Assembly: GCA_938048755.1 (NCBI GenBank)
Contig: CALIUG010000107.1
Span: 3,994-67,993, forward strand
Length of the DNA: 64,000 bases
From: an uncultured Alphaproteobacteria bacterium
Lineage (GTDB): Bacteria > Pseudomonadota > Alphaproteobacteria > SP197
Direction of reading: 5' to 3'
The notes beneath the pieces are model-generated. The model was given only the letters and a program-made list of their open reading frames with translations. It had not been told where the DNA came from and did not search any database. Shown here piece after piece: positions 51,832-64,000 of the stretch; positions within the stretch are counted from its first letter, which is position 1, and the number at the start of each line of letters is the position of its first letter. The translations under genes were made by a program, and so were the position numbers.

Positions 51832-54033
51832 ATGCCATTGAGCGATACCACAACACCGGGCCTCTTCGCGCCGCCCCGCACAGTCCAGGTTCTCCTGCCT
51901 CTGCCGGTGCCGGGCCCCTATGACTATGCCGTGCCCGAGGATCTCGAGACACCGCTGGGTGCCATTGTGCGTGTACCCCTGGGCGTGCGTGAGGTCACCG
52001 GCGTTGTCTGGGCGCAAGGCTCCGGCGAGGTCGATACCGCCAAGCTGCGCCCCATCAGCGAGATCAGGAACGTGCCGCCCTTGACCGAAACCATGCGCAC
52101 CTTTGTGTCGTGGGTCGCGCGTTACACGGTCAGTTCCGAGAGTTCCGTGCTGCGCATGATCCTGCGCATGCCCGAAGCGTTCGAGCCTCCCGCACCGATC
52201 CGCGCCCTGCGTCTGGCGGGTGATCCTCCCGAACGTCTGACTCCCGCCCGGCGTCGTGTGCTCGAGATCATGTCCGACGGCATGGCGCGCACGCCTAAGG
52301 AAATCGCGCATATGGCAGGCGTCGGCACATCCGTGCCCAAGGGCCTGCAGCAGTCCGGGGCGCTCGAGGAGATCATCCTGCCCGCGCGCCGCGCTGTTCC
52401 ACCACCCGATGCGGAAGTCGAGGGGCCAGACCTCTCCAGCGACCAGCAGGAAGCCGCAGCCGTGCTGGGCGAAGCGGTCGACAAGCAGGCCTATGAAGCC
52501 ATCCTGCTCGAGGGGGTCACCGGTTCGGGCAAGACGGAAGTCTATTTTGATGCCATCGCCAGAGCCCTGCGTAGCGGCAGGCAGGTGTTGGTCCTGCTGC
52601 CCGAGATTGCGCTCAGCGCGCAGTTCCTGGCCCGATTCGAAGCGCGCTTCAACGCGCCGCCGGCGGTCTGGCATTCCGGGGTCGCGCGCCGCCAGCGCCG
52701 CGATGTCTGGCGGGGTGTTGCGACGGGTGAGGTGCGGGTCGTCGTCGGCGCCCGCTCGGCGCTGTTCCTGCCGTTCCGTGAGCTGGGCCTGATCGTGGTC
52801 GATGAGGAACACGACGGCTCGTTCAAGCAGGATGACGGCGTCTGTTACAACGCCCGCGACATGGCGGTGCTGCGCGCAAGTCTCGAATCGGTTCCCATTG
52901 TGCTCTGTTCGGCGACGCCGTCGCTTGAAACTCTCGTCAATGTCGATCGCGGGCGTTACCGCCGGCTGGATCTGCCTGTGCGCCACGCCGGTGCCGCCAT
53001 GCCCGAAGTCCGTGCCATCGACATGACCAAGGAGGGCCCCGAGCGTGGCAAGTGGCTCTCGCCCCGGCTGGCCGATGCGCTCACCGCAGCCCTGGAGGCC
53101 GGCGAACAGAGCCTGCTTTATCTTAACCGACGCGGTTATGCCCCGCTGACCCTGTGCCGAACCTGCGGCCATCGCCTGGCATGCCCCAATTGTTCGGCCT
53201 GGCTGGTCGAACATCGCCATCGCGGACGCCTGCAGTGCCACCATTGCGGCATCTGGTCGCCCCGTCCCGAAGCCTGCCCGGAATGCCAGACCCCCGATTC
53301 GCTGGTTGCCTGCGGTCCCGGGGTCGAACGGCTCGCTGAAGAGGTCGCCGAGCGATTCCCCGATGCGGCCATGGAAATCATGGCTTCCGACACGCTGATG
53401 GGGCCTGCCGATGTCGCCGCGCTCGTTGAACGCATGGAAAGAGGCGAGGTCGACATTCTGATCGGCACGCAGGTCGCGGCCAAGGGCCATCATTTCCCCA
53501 TGCTCACCGTGGTTGGCGTGGTCGATGCCGATCTTGGCCTGGATGGGGGTGATCCCCGCGCTATGGAGCGTACCTGGCAGCTTCTGCACCAGGTTTCCGG
53601 GCGGGCAGGGCGCGAGGAACGCCCAGGCCAGGTGTTCCTCCAGACCTTCGAACCCGCCCATCCGGTCATGCATGCGCTGGTCAGTGGTGACCGCGAGCAA
53701 TTCCTCGAACGTGAGAAAGCGGGTAGGGAGGAGGCCGGAATGCCGCCCTATGGTCGTCTGGCAGGCATCGTGATCTCGGGAACGAAGGAAAGCGAGGTGC
53801 GCACTCTGGCCCAGGATCTGGCGCGCAGAGCCCCGCGCGGCCCCGGAATCGATACGTTTGGCCCCGCACCGGCCCCGCTTTCTCTCCTGCGCGGCCGCTT
53901 CCGCTGGCGTCTGCTGGTCAAGGCCGGGCGCGACGTCAACATCCAGTCCGCCCTGCGCACCTGGCTTGCTCCCGTGCAGTTGAAAGGAAGCCTGCGCCTC
54001 CAGGTCGACGTCGATCCGTTGAGTTTTCTTTAG
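51832..54033 (+). CDS. priA: Primosomal protein N' (PriA helicase)
   Basis: Walker [17 protein letters not shown], Cys4 zinc-binding region [16 protein letters not shown]...CHHCG...CPEC, 733 aa. Confidence 0.9.
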   Translation: MPLSDTTTPGLFAPPRTVQVLLPLPVPGPYDYAVPEDLETPLGAIVRVPLGVREVTGVVWAQGSGEVDTAKLRPISEIRNVPPLTETMRTFVSWVARYTVSSESSVLRMILRMPEAFEPPAPIRALRLAGDPPERLTPARRRVLEIMSDGMARTPKEIAHMAGVGTSVPKGLQQSGALEEIILPARRAVPPPDAEVEGPDLSSDQQEAAAVLGEAVDKQAYEAILLEGVTGSGKTEVYFDAIARALRSGRQVLVLLPEIALSAQFLARFEARFNAPPAVWHSGVARRQRRDVWRGVATGEVRVVVGARSALFLPFRELGLIVVDEEHDGSFKQDDGVCYNARDMAVLRASLESVPIVLCSATPSLETLVNVDRGRYRRLDLPVRHAGAAMPEVRAIDMTKEGPERGKWLSPRLADALTAALEAGEQSLLYLNRRGYAPLTLCRTCGHRLACPNCSAWLVEHRHRGRLQCHHCGIWSPRPEACPECQTPDSLVACGPGVERLAEEVAERFPDAAMEIMASDTLMGPADVAALVERMERGEVDILIGTQVAAKGHHFPMLTVVGVVDADLGLDGGDPRAMERTWQLLHQVSGRAGREERPGQVFLQTFEPAHPVMHALVSGDREQFLEREKAGREEAGMPPYGRLAGIVISGTKESEVRTLAQDLARRAPRGPGIDTFGPAPAPLSLLRGRFRWRLLVKAGRDVNIQSALRTWLAPVQLKGSLRLQVDVDPLSFL

Positions 54034-54036
54034 GTC

Positions 54037-54470
54037 TGTTTGTTTGTTCCCTCAGACGCCGGGCGTTCGCTCCGCTGTTTATCTTTGTTCCCTCAAGCGC
54101 CGGGCGTTCGCTCCGTTCGCTTGGCTTCCGGGCCTCCCGGCCCGCCGGTGCGGTCGCACCGGTCGGCGGCCGCTGCGCTCTCGCCGCCGAATGCCTGCTC
54201 ACCGGTGGTGCAGGGTGCCTGTCACAACCGCCTCAATTGTGTCATCCCGGCTTTGAGCCGGGATCCCGGTCCGCACGTTGCTTTTGAAACCCGTCATGAC
54301 GCGATCCCGGATCGCGCTCGCGCTGCTCGCTTGTCCGGGATGACATCCCGTGGGGTGGTTTGTAGGCGAGAGGTCCCGTAGGGACCGAGGGGAGCGACTG
54401 CGACCCCACCGCGTCAGCGGCGCAAGCCAAGCGGACGGAGTTCGCGCCCGGCGCTTGAGGGAACAAACAA
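54037..54470. mobile_element. MITE-like nonautonomous element (~434 bp) with ~36-bp terminal inverted repeats, a tandem duplicated left end and nested internal palindromes
   Basis: The left end TGTTTGTTTGTTCCCTCAGACGCCGGGCGTTCGCTCCG is tandemly duplicated (54037-54115). The right end CGGAGTTCGCGCCCGGCGCTTGAGGGAACAAACAAA (54435-54470) is its reverse complement. Internal hairpins include CCGGTGCGgtCGCACCGG, CCCGGCTttgaGCCGGG, GTCATCCCGG...CCGGGATGAC and GGTCCCgtaGGGACC. Confidence 0.5.
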
Positions 54471-54659
54471 AAAACCGGAGCATTCGCTCCGCAGCTGAGG
54501 GCTCAAAAATGCCGACTCTTGTTGCATAGGCCATATCCCTATGTTACCTACGCCGCGGCTTGACGATGAAGGGTTGGGTGCACTGTTTCAGGGCGCTTCG
54601 GCAAGTCAAAAAACCCAACGCTGACAAATGTTTAACGGGCACACGCGAGGGCTTCTCTC

Positions 54660-55219
54660 TTGGCCACCGACAACAGCGTAGTCACTGGCCTTTCAGGCCG
54701 CTATGCGCGCGCGCTTTACGAGCTCGCCGACGATTCGAAGCAGCTGGATGCAGTTGCTGAGGATTTGCGCGGCTTGTCGACCGCACTCACCGAATCGGAC
54801 GATATGCGCCGGCTCGTGAACAGCCCCGTGCTGTCTCGCGACGAGCAGGGCAAGGCCATGGCGGCCATTCTGGACGCCATGCAGGCCAACGACCTGACCA
54901 AGAGGGCCATTGGCCTGATTGCGCAGCAGCGCCGCCTGTTCGTCCTTGATGATGTCATTTCAGATTATCTGCGCCTGCTGGCCGCCCACAGGGGCGAGAC
55001 CACGGCGGAGGTGACTTCGGCACGTGAACTCAAGAGCGATGAGCTCGAGAAGTTGCGCGGCACCTTGAAGGAAATTGTCGGCCGCGACGTTGCGGTCGAA
55101 ACGAAGGTCGATCCCGGCCTTCTGGGCGGCCTTGTCGTCCGTATTGGATCGCGCATGCTCGACAGCTCGATCCGCACCAAACTTGAACGCCTTGAGCTTG
55201 CGATGAAAGGGGCTGGCTG

Positions 55220-55220
<1 letters not shown>
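54660..55220 (+). CDS. atpH: ATP synthase F1 delta subunit (OSCP)
   Basis: [11 protein letters not shown] is the OSCP N-terminus; 186 aa; immediately precedes atpA. Confidence 0.85.
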
Positions 55221-56752
<1,532 letters not shown>

Positions 56753-56781
56753 TGATCGTCGGAACCGGTACGGAATAGCCC

Positions 56782-59117
<2,336 letters not shown>

Positions 59118-59143
59118 GCTGCTGATAGCAGGGTAGGTTAGAG

Positions 59144-59551
59144 ATGGCGGACAAGGTCAACTTCGAACTGGTCAGTCCCGAGCGCCTTCTGGTCTCGGAT
59201 GCCTTCGATATGGTTGTGATTCCTGGTGGTGACGGCGAATTCGGCGTCCTGCCGGACCACGCGCCGCTCATCTCGACCATCCGCCCCGGTATCATCGACG
59301 TGCATGAAGGCAGCAGCATCGCCCACCGCATCTTTGTCGGCGGTGGTTTTGTGGAAGTCCTGCCGGATCGCTGCACTGTGCTGGCCGAAGACGCCGTCAT
59401 GGTCGCCGATATCGACCGCGCCCTGGTCGAAGAAGATCTGCGTGAGGCCGAACTCACCCTGCGCGACGCCGAAAGCGATCACGACCGCCGCCGCGCCGAA
59501 GGCAATATCGCAAGGCTCGGCGCCATGCTTGAGGCGGCCCGCGCCAACTGA
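59144..59551 (+). CDS. atpC: ATP synthase F1 epsilon subunit
   Basis: 135 aa directly after atpD, with an epsilon beta-sandwich N-terminus FELVSPERLL. Confidence 0.9.
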   Translation: MADKVNFELVSPERLLVSDAFDMVVIPGGDGEFGVLPDHAPLISTIRPGIIDVHEGSSIAHRIFVGGGFVEVLPDRCTVLAEDAVMVADIDRALVEEDLREAELTLRDAESDHDRRRAEGNIARLGAMLEAARAN

Positions 59552-59731
59552 TCGGCGCGGTGCCTTTTGAGGCCGCATCCCAACTGACGCATCGATTCAG
59601 CCCATCCCTTGTCGTAACCCGGCTCGCCCCTCAGATGTCCAGTTCAGGCTTGTTCTGCATGGATAGAGGTGTCTCTGGGACCAACAGACGTTGCGAATCT
59701 GCCACTTTCGACCTGCACTGCCGCAATCTGC

Positions 59732-59844
59732 AGGTGTTCGTGCATGGATCGTCGAATCGAGTTCGACGATGACAAAGAGAACGTGAAAGCGCAGGGTTTT
59801 CAATTACTTGGAGTCATCGTCGAACTCGATTCGACGATCCATGT
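59732..59844. repeat. 30-bp perfect inverted repeat (arms 59732-59762 and 59814-59844, 51-nt spacer); each arm itself contains the palindrome CGTCGAA-N5-TTCGACG
   Basis: GCATGGATCGTCGAATCGAGTTCGACGATGA ... TCATCGTCGAACTCGATTCGACGATCCATGt, seen directly. It lies in a ~650-bp lower-GC noncoding tract between the convergent atpC and LysR genes. Confidence 0.6.
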
Positions 59845-60198
59845 ACTGCCGGTAGAACACGCGATTTCGCTGGACGCAGCCACGATCTCATCGCCCGTCC
59901 AAAGTCTTCGAGGTACCGCGCCAACCACCTGGACAACACGATGTTCCGGGCCGACTTGCTACAACCGCAAATCCGGACTAGGAACAAAAAAGTGAACAAA
60001 ATGCCGTGCCTCTCAACATGCACGAACCGGACGACCTCACCTGATGGTGATCCACTACGCTGCGTAGCAACTACCCGTCCGGAGCGGCCCATAGCCGGTC
60101 GAATTCTACTTTGCATGGGGTTGAACCCCGAAAAAGCGACGAAGCCCTCCCCCAAGTGATGTTTCTCACCCTTTGTCGATCGTGAAATCTAGGATGGT

Positions 60199-61104
60199 TC
60201 AGTCGTTCCGCTCGATTGTTTCCTGTACCTGGTTTTCGATCCAGGTTGTGAAGGCCCGGATCATGGCGGCGGTTGTCGGCTCCTCGACTGTGGTGATCGT
60301 GTATCCCGGCGTGTCGAGCACCAGTTCGGGGAAGGGAGCGGCAAGTCTGCCGGCCTGGCGCGCATCGGCGGCCAGAAACCAGCTCGCCAGGGCGATGCCA
60401 TGGCCTTCTTCGGCCGTCAAAAGACTGTGGTGGCAGTCCGAGAACGTGGGGCCGGAGGTCGGGTCGAGGTTCCGGAGCCCGACTGAAGTAAACCAGGCAT
60501 GCCAGTCCTCGTCGGTCTCGTCGTGGAGCAAGGTCAGTTCGGGAAGCCGTGCGGGTTCATCAAGGCCCTTGACCAGATCGGGGCTGGCATGGGGCGTGAC
60601 GTGATCGCCGGGGATCAGCCATCGGGTGTCCGGCCCGGCATCGGAGCTTCCGCGTTCGATCACGATATCAACTTCGTCGGTGTCCCAGTCGACGTCCCGG
60701 TCTGTACTGTAAAGCCACAGATCGATGTCGGAATGCAGCCTTCGGAAGTTGTGAAGGTGTGGCACCAGCCATCGGCTGGCAAACGCCGGTTCCACGGCGA
60801 CGATCAGAGAGGCCGGATTGCCATAGGCGCGCGCCCGCAGAATGCCGTGGTCCAGGCGTTTCAGGCACTCGCGCACCACGCGCCAGAACTCAAACCCCGC
60901 ATCGGTCAGGGCGACCTTGCGGTGTTCCCGGTGGAACAGGGGCTGGCCCAGCGCTTCTTCCAGCGTCTTGATCTGATGGCTCACGGCCGACTGGGTCAGA
61001 TGCAGTTCTTCGGCGGCAGCCGTGAAGCTCTTCAGCCGCGCTGCTGCTTCGAACCCGCGCAGGGCTCCAAGCGGCAGGTGCGATATGGGTGTGGGCCGCG
61101 CCAA
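60199..61104 (-). CDS. LysR-family transcriptional regulator
   Basis: HTH LGALRGFEAAARLKSFTAAAEELHLTQSAVSHQIKTLE. Starts 3 nt after the BKACE gene stop, so it is probably co-transcribed. Confidence 0.85.
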   Translation of the reverse strand: MARPTPISHLPLGALRGFEAAARLKSFTAAAEELHLTQSAVSHQIKTLEEALGQPLFHREHRKVALTDAGFEFWRVVRECLKRLDHGILRARAYGNPASLIVAVEPAFASRWLVPHLHNFRRLHSDIDLWLYSTDRDVDWDTDEVDIVIERGSSDAGPDTRWLIPGDHVTPHASPDLVKGLDEPARLPELTLLHDETDEDWHAWFTSVGLRNLDPTSGPTFSDCHHSLLTAEEGHGIALASWFLAADARQAGRLAAPFPELVLDTPGYTITTVEEPTTAAMIRAFTTWIENQVQETIERND

Positions 61105-61107
61105 ACG

Positions 61108-62001
61108 TCAGGCAGGTTTGCGCAGGTTGAGCTTCTCACGTGCCTCTGCGGGCGTCAGGACCCGCGCGCCCATACGCTCGATGATACCCACGGCCTTCTC
61201 CACCAGCTGGCCGTTGTTGGCCAGAACGCCGCGGGAAAGATAGAGGTTGTCCTCCAGCCCGACGCGGACATTGCCGCCCAGGGCAACGGACTTTGCCACC
61301 ATCGGCATCTGGTGGCGCGAAATGCCGAAGGAGGACCAGAAGGCGCCTTCTGGCAGGATATCGCGCATGGCCAGCATGACCCTGGTGTCCGTTGGCGCGT
61401 TGTGGCCGATGCCCAAGCAGAGCTGGAACATGGGCGGAGCATCGAACACGCCCTCTTCGACAAGTGTTCTTGCCTGCATGATCGGGCCGACGTCAAACAC
61501 CTCAAGCTCCGGCTTCACGCCGGCAGCCTGCATAAGCTTGGCCATCCTGCGGATCGCCGAGTCGTTGCCCAGATAGGCAACGTCTTCACCAAAGTTGATC
61601 AGGCCCATATCGAGCGTGCAGATCTCTGGCAGCAGGTCCAGGGCATGGGCCACGCGTCCCTCCGGGATGGTGAGGTCGCTGCCTTCCTGCCATTCGCCCG
61701 GCTTGTCGTCGTCGATGATGATGGCGCCGCCATTGCCGCCGGTCAGGTTGATCACGACATCGGTCTCGCTTTCGCGAATGCGCGCCACGACTTCGGCGAA
61801 AAGCTCGGTCTTGAAGGCATTCTGGCCGGTTTCGGGGTCACGGACGTGGCAATGGACGATGGCAGCACCTTCCTTGGCGGCCTGGATGGCGGCTTCGGCG
61901 ATCTGCTTGGGCGTGACGGGCACATGCTCGCTCTTGCCGGCGGTATCGCCACCGCCGGTCACGGCGCAGGTGATCACCACTTCGTTGTTCATCTCGTCCA
62001 T
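61108..62001 (-). CDS. Beta-keto acid cleavage enzyme (BKACE/DUF849; 3-keto-5-aminohexanoate cleavage enzyme family)
   Basis: VVITCAVTGGGDT...HCHVRDPETG...NLTGGNGG are BKACE TIM-barrel Zn-site motifs; 297 aa. Confidence 0.8.
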   Translation of the reverse strand: MDEMNNEVVITCAVTGGGDTAGKSEHVPVTPKQIAEAAIQAAKEGAAIVHCHVRDPETGQNAFKTELFAEVVARIRESETDVVINLTGGNGGAIIIDDDKPGEWQEGSDLTIPEGRVAHALDLLPEICTLDMGLINFGEDVAYLGNDSAIRRMAKLMQAAGVKPELEVFDVGPIMQARTLVEEGVFDAPPMFQLCLGIGHNAPTDTRVMLAMRDILPEGAFWSSFGISRHQMPMVAKSVALGGNVRVGLEDNLYLSRGVLANNGQLVEKAVGIIERMGARVLTPAEAREKLNLRKPA

Positions 62002-62061
62002 CTTGGGCTCCCATCCATCGTGTTCATGTCAGAGCGATTGAGGCCTCTTCGGCACGCCCTG

Positions 62062-63018
62062 TCAATGACGACAGCGTTCTACCATGGCCTTGAAGCTCTC
62101 GCGCAGGATGGGTTCCGGCAGGTCGTGCCCGATCAGCACCAGACGTGTTGTTCGGTTGTTATCGGTCCAGCCTGCAAGGTGTTCCAGTGGGTGGAAGACA
62201 TGCTGTACGCCGTGCACAACCGCGGGCGTATCAGCTCCCGCAAAATTCAGAATACCCTTGAAGCGCAGCAGTCGATCACCGCATTGGGCCATGACTTGTT
62301 CGATCCAGGCGATCACCCGATGGGGTTGCAGGGGAACCGGGCTCTCAAGACTGACCGAGCCGATGGTGGGGTCGTGGCCGTGAACGTCTGGTGTGGCGTG
62401 CATCCAGCGATCCGGCAAAGCGTTTCCTGCGGCCAGCAGGTCGGCGCCATCGATGGTGCCTGCAAGAAGTCTGGCGCCGGGGTTGAGGTCGGCCAGACGT
62501 TGCCGAAGCGTCTGGAGGTCCTGGCTGCTGGCAAGGTCCGTCTTGGTCAGTACCAGGCGGTCTGCCGCTGTGATCTGGTGCAGTGCCTCGTTGTGATGCG
62601 AGAGATGTTCGTGTCCGTGCAAGGCATCCACCACGGTCACGACCCCAGCCACACGACAGGACTGCTTCAGACTATCGTCGGAAAGCAGGGTATGGAGAAC
62701 CGGGGCAGGGTCGGCGAGGCCCGTCGTTTCAATCAGGAGATGGTCAAAGGGGGGAAGCTCACCTGCAAGGACGCGCTCCTGCAGCGCCTTGATCCCCACC
62801 ACGAGTTCGCCGCGAACCTCGCAGCACAGGCATCCGGCACCGACCAGCATGGTTGCGGCATCAACATGTTCGACGAGCAGATGGTCGAGGCCGATCTCGC
62901 CGAACTCGTTGACCAGCACGGCTGTGTTGGCCATGGTGGGATCGCGTACCAGATGATTGATCAGGGTTGTCTTGCCGCTGCCCAGGAACCCGGTGATGAC
63001 GGTGACGGGCAGCATCAC
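62062..63018 (-). CDS. COG0523 (CobW/HypB/UreG-like) metallochaperone GTPase
   Basis: Walker A GFLGSGKTTLIN, metal-binding GCLCCEV (CxCC), His-rich linker HATPDVHGHDP and a C-terminal CobW_C domain. Confidence 0.8.
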   Translation of the reverse strand: MMLPVTVITGFLGSGKTTLINHLVRDPTMANTAVLVNEFGEIGLDHLLVEHVDAATMLVGAGCLCCEVRGELVVGIKALQERVLAGELPPFDHLLIETTGLADPAPVLHTLLSDDSLKQSCRVAGVVTVVDALHGHEHLSHHNEALHQITAADRLVLTKTDLASSQDLQTLRQRLADLNPGARLLAGTIDGADLLAAGNALPDRWMHATPDVHGHDPTIGSVSLESPVPLQPHRVIAWIEQVMAQCGDRLLRFKGILNFAGADTPAVVHGVQHVFHPLEHLAGWTDNNRTTRLVLIGHDLPEPILRESFKAMVERCRH

Positions 63019-63857
63019 GCGGGGTCGATACCCAGCAGGGAGAGCGGACGCTCAAACAGGATGGCTTCGATCGTCTTTTCGGGGATGCGCGGCATGGCAA
63101 GACCCGTGCCCCAATCGTTGAGTCCGCGGAACTCCGCAATCGCGGCCGCGGTCGTGCGCACCGGAAAGTCCGATCCGAACAGCAGACGCTCGGTCACCCG
63201 GTACTCCTCGGCAATCATCAGGCCGTTATAAAGTTGCCAGGGCCGGTGAAAGCGCGCGGAGAGATCAGCAAAGACGTTCTCGTTCTTGCGCATCAGAATG
63301 GCGGTTTGCTCCATATAGGGCTGACCGTAATGGGCCACGATGATCTTGAGGTCGGGGAACGCCATGGCGACCTTGTCGAGCAGGACCGGATCGGAGAACT
63401 CCAGATTGCCGGTATAGGCGCCGCCACAGTGGAACATCACCGGCACCTTGTGGTGACTGGCGATTTCGTAGAGCGGCCAGCTTGCCTTTCCGCGCGGGTC
63501 GACATGCTGATAGGTCGGCGACAGCTTGATACCCTTCAGCCCCAGGTTGAGCGCCCGTTCGAATTCTTCAGGTGCGTCCTCATCATCGGGATGGACCGAG
63601 CAGAAACCCACGGCCCGACCGGGGTAGCGGCCGACATAATCGGCGATGAACTCCGGCGGCGTGTGGTTGCCGGAATGTTTGGGGATCGCGACCACGACAA
63701 ACCGGGAAACCCCGGCTTCGTCGATCATGGCGCCATGCTGCTCGGGAAGGGCCTCTCCGGGTCCCAGAACGCCACGCTGGGACCACAGCGCACGATCTTC
63801 GTCCGTGCGGTGTTCGTGGAGAAAGCAGTGTGTGTGCCAATCGACCAGTTCAGGCAT
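63015..63857 (-). CDS. Amidohydrolase_2 (PF04909) metal-dependent TIM-barrel hydrolase/decarboxylase family protein
   Basis: N-terminal metal-binding VDWHTHCF, plus internal HCGG and SDFP(V) motifs. 4-nt overlap with the COG0523 gene. Confidence 0.7.
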   Translation of the reverse strand: MPELVDWHTHCFLHEHRTDEDRALWSQRGVLGPGEALPEQHGAMIDEAGVSRFVVVAIPKHSGNHTPPEFIADYVGRYPGRAVGFCSVHPDDEDAPEEFERALNLGLKGIKLSPTYQHVDPRGKASWPLYEIASHHKVPVMFHCGGAYTGNLEFSDPVLLDKVAMAFPDLKIIVAHYGQPYMEQTAILMRKNENVFADLSARFHRPWQLYNGLMIAEEYRVTERLLFGSDFPVRTTAAAIAEFRGLNDWGTGLAMPRIPEKTIEAILFERPLSLLGIDPA

Positions 63858-64000
63858 GATTCCTCGCCGTATTTGGGGCTTTTTGTGTGTTTACTGTATC
63901 CTATGGTACGCATTGCGTCCCCAGGCGCTGATCTTGTTCTGATCGCCTGGCTGCACTACATAGAGGTGCAAGAGCGCTGGCGTTGGTTGGTCGCTTCGAA

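Noticed and set aside
51076-53700. 874-aa minus-strand ORF taken as one gene
   Set aside because: Only the 3' ~218 codons encode transaldolase (51076-51732). The rest is antisense to priA, whose helicase and Cys4 zinc-finger motifs establish the plus strand as coding.
60499-63231. 910-aa plus-strand ORF
   Set aside because: It is antisense to the minus-strand LysR-BKACE-COG0523-amidohydrolase genes, each of which carries strong family motifs. The plus-strand translation has no domain signature and is Gly/Ala/His/Asp-biased.

Overview
This is a high-GC (~63%) chromosomal core segment from an alphaproteobacterium. The gene order (rpsP-rimM-trmD-rplS-leuC-leuD-leuB-asd, sdhCDAB, mdh-sucCDAB-lpdA, atpHAGDC) is Rhodospirillales-like. 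It is densely coding on both strands and mostly housekeeping: ftsY, mtaB, dapF, ffh, the S16/L19 ribosomal cluster, leucine biosynthesis, asd, pdxY, succinate dehydrogenase, malate dehydrogenase, the 2-oxoglutarate dehydrogenase complex, xerC-DUF484, tal, priA and the F1 ATP synthase. I found no rRNA, tRNA or CRISPR, and no transposase other than xerC. The most unusual content is listed below.
1. A nitrile-hydratase-like three-gene cluster lies downstream of ftsY, with the beta subunit split into N- and C-terminal ORFs. Its alpha-subunit homolog has no cysteines, carries an in-frame ~45-residue deletion of the CxxCSC metal centre, and has a His-rich N-terminus. A divergent ClpP-like protease follows.
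2. Three tandem standalone periplasmic sCache_2-like proteins sit between mdh and sucC.
3. A lower-GC islet carries a VapBC-like toxin-antitoxin pair plus three translationally coupled small 2-TM membrane proteins. A second Phd/VapC-like pair follows asd.
4. Several repeats are present: a ~70-bp REP-like hairpin at two loci, a ~430-bp MITE-like element between priA and atpH, and a 30-bp perfect inverted repeat in a low-GC noncoding tract after atpC.
5. At the window end, a COG0523 metallochaperone GTPase is coupled to an amidohydrolase_2, a BKACE enzyme and a LysR regulator.
6. Other accessory items are a standalone arsR-arsP-like pair and a small secreted-protein ORF inserted between sdhA and sdhB.
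Many long ORFs in the six-frame track are antisense shadows typical of high-GC DNA; I rejected these.
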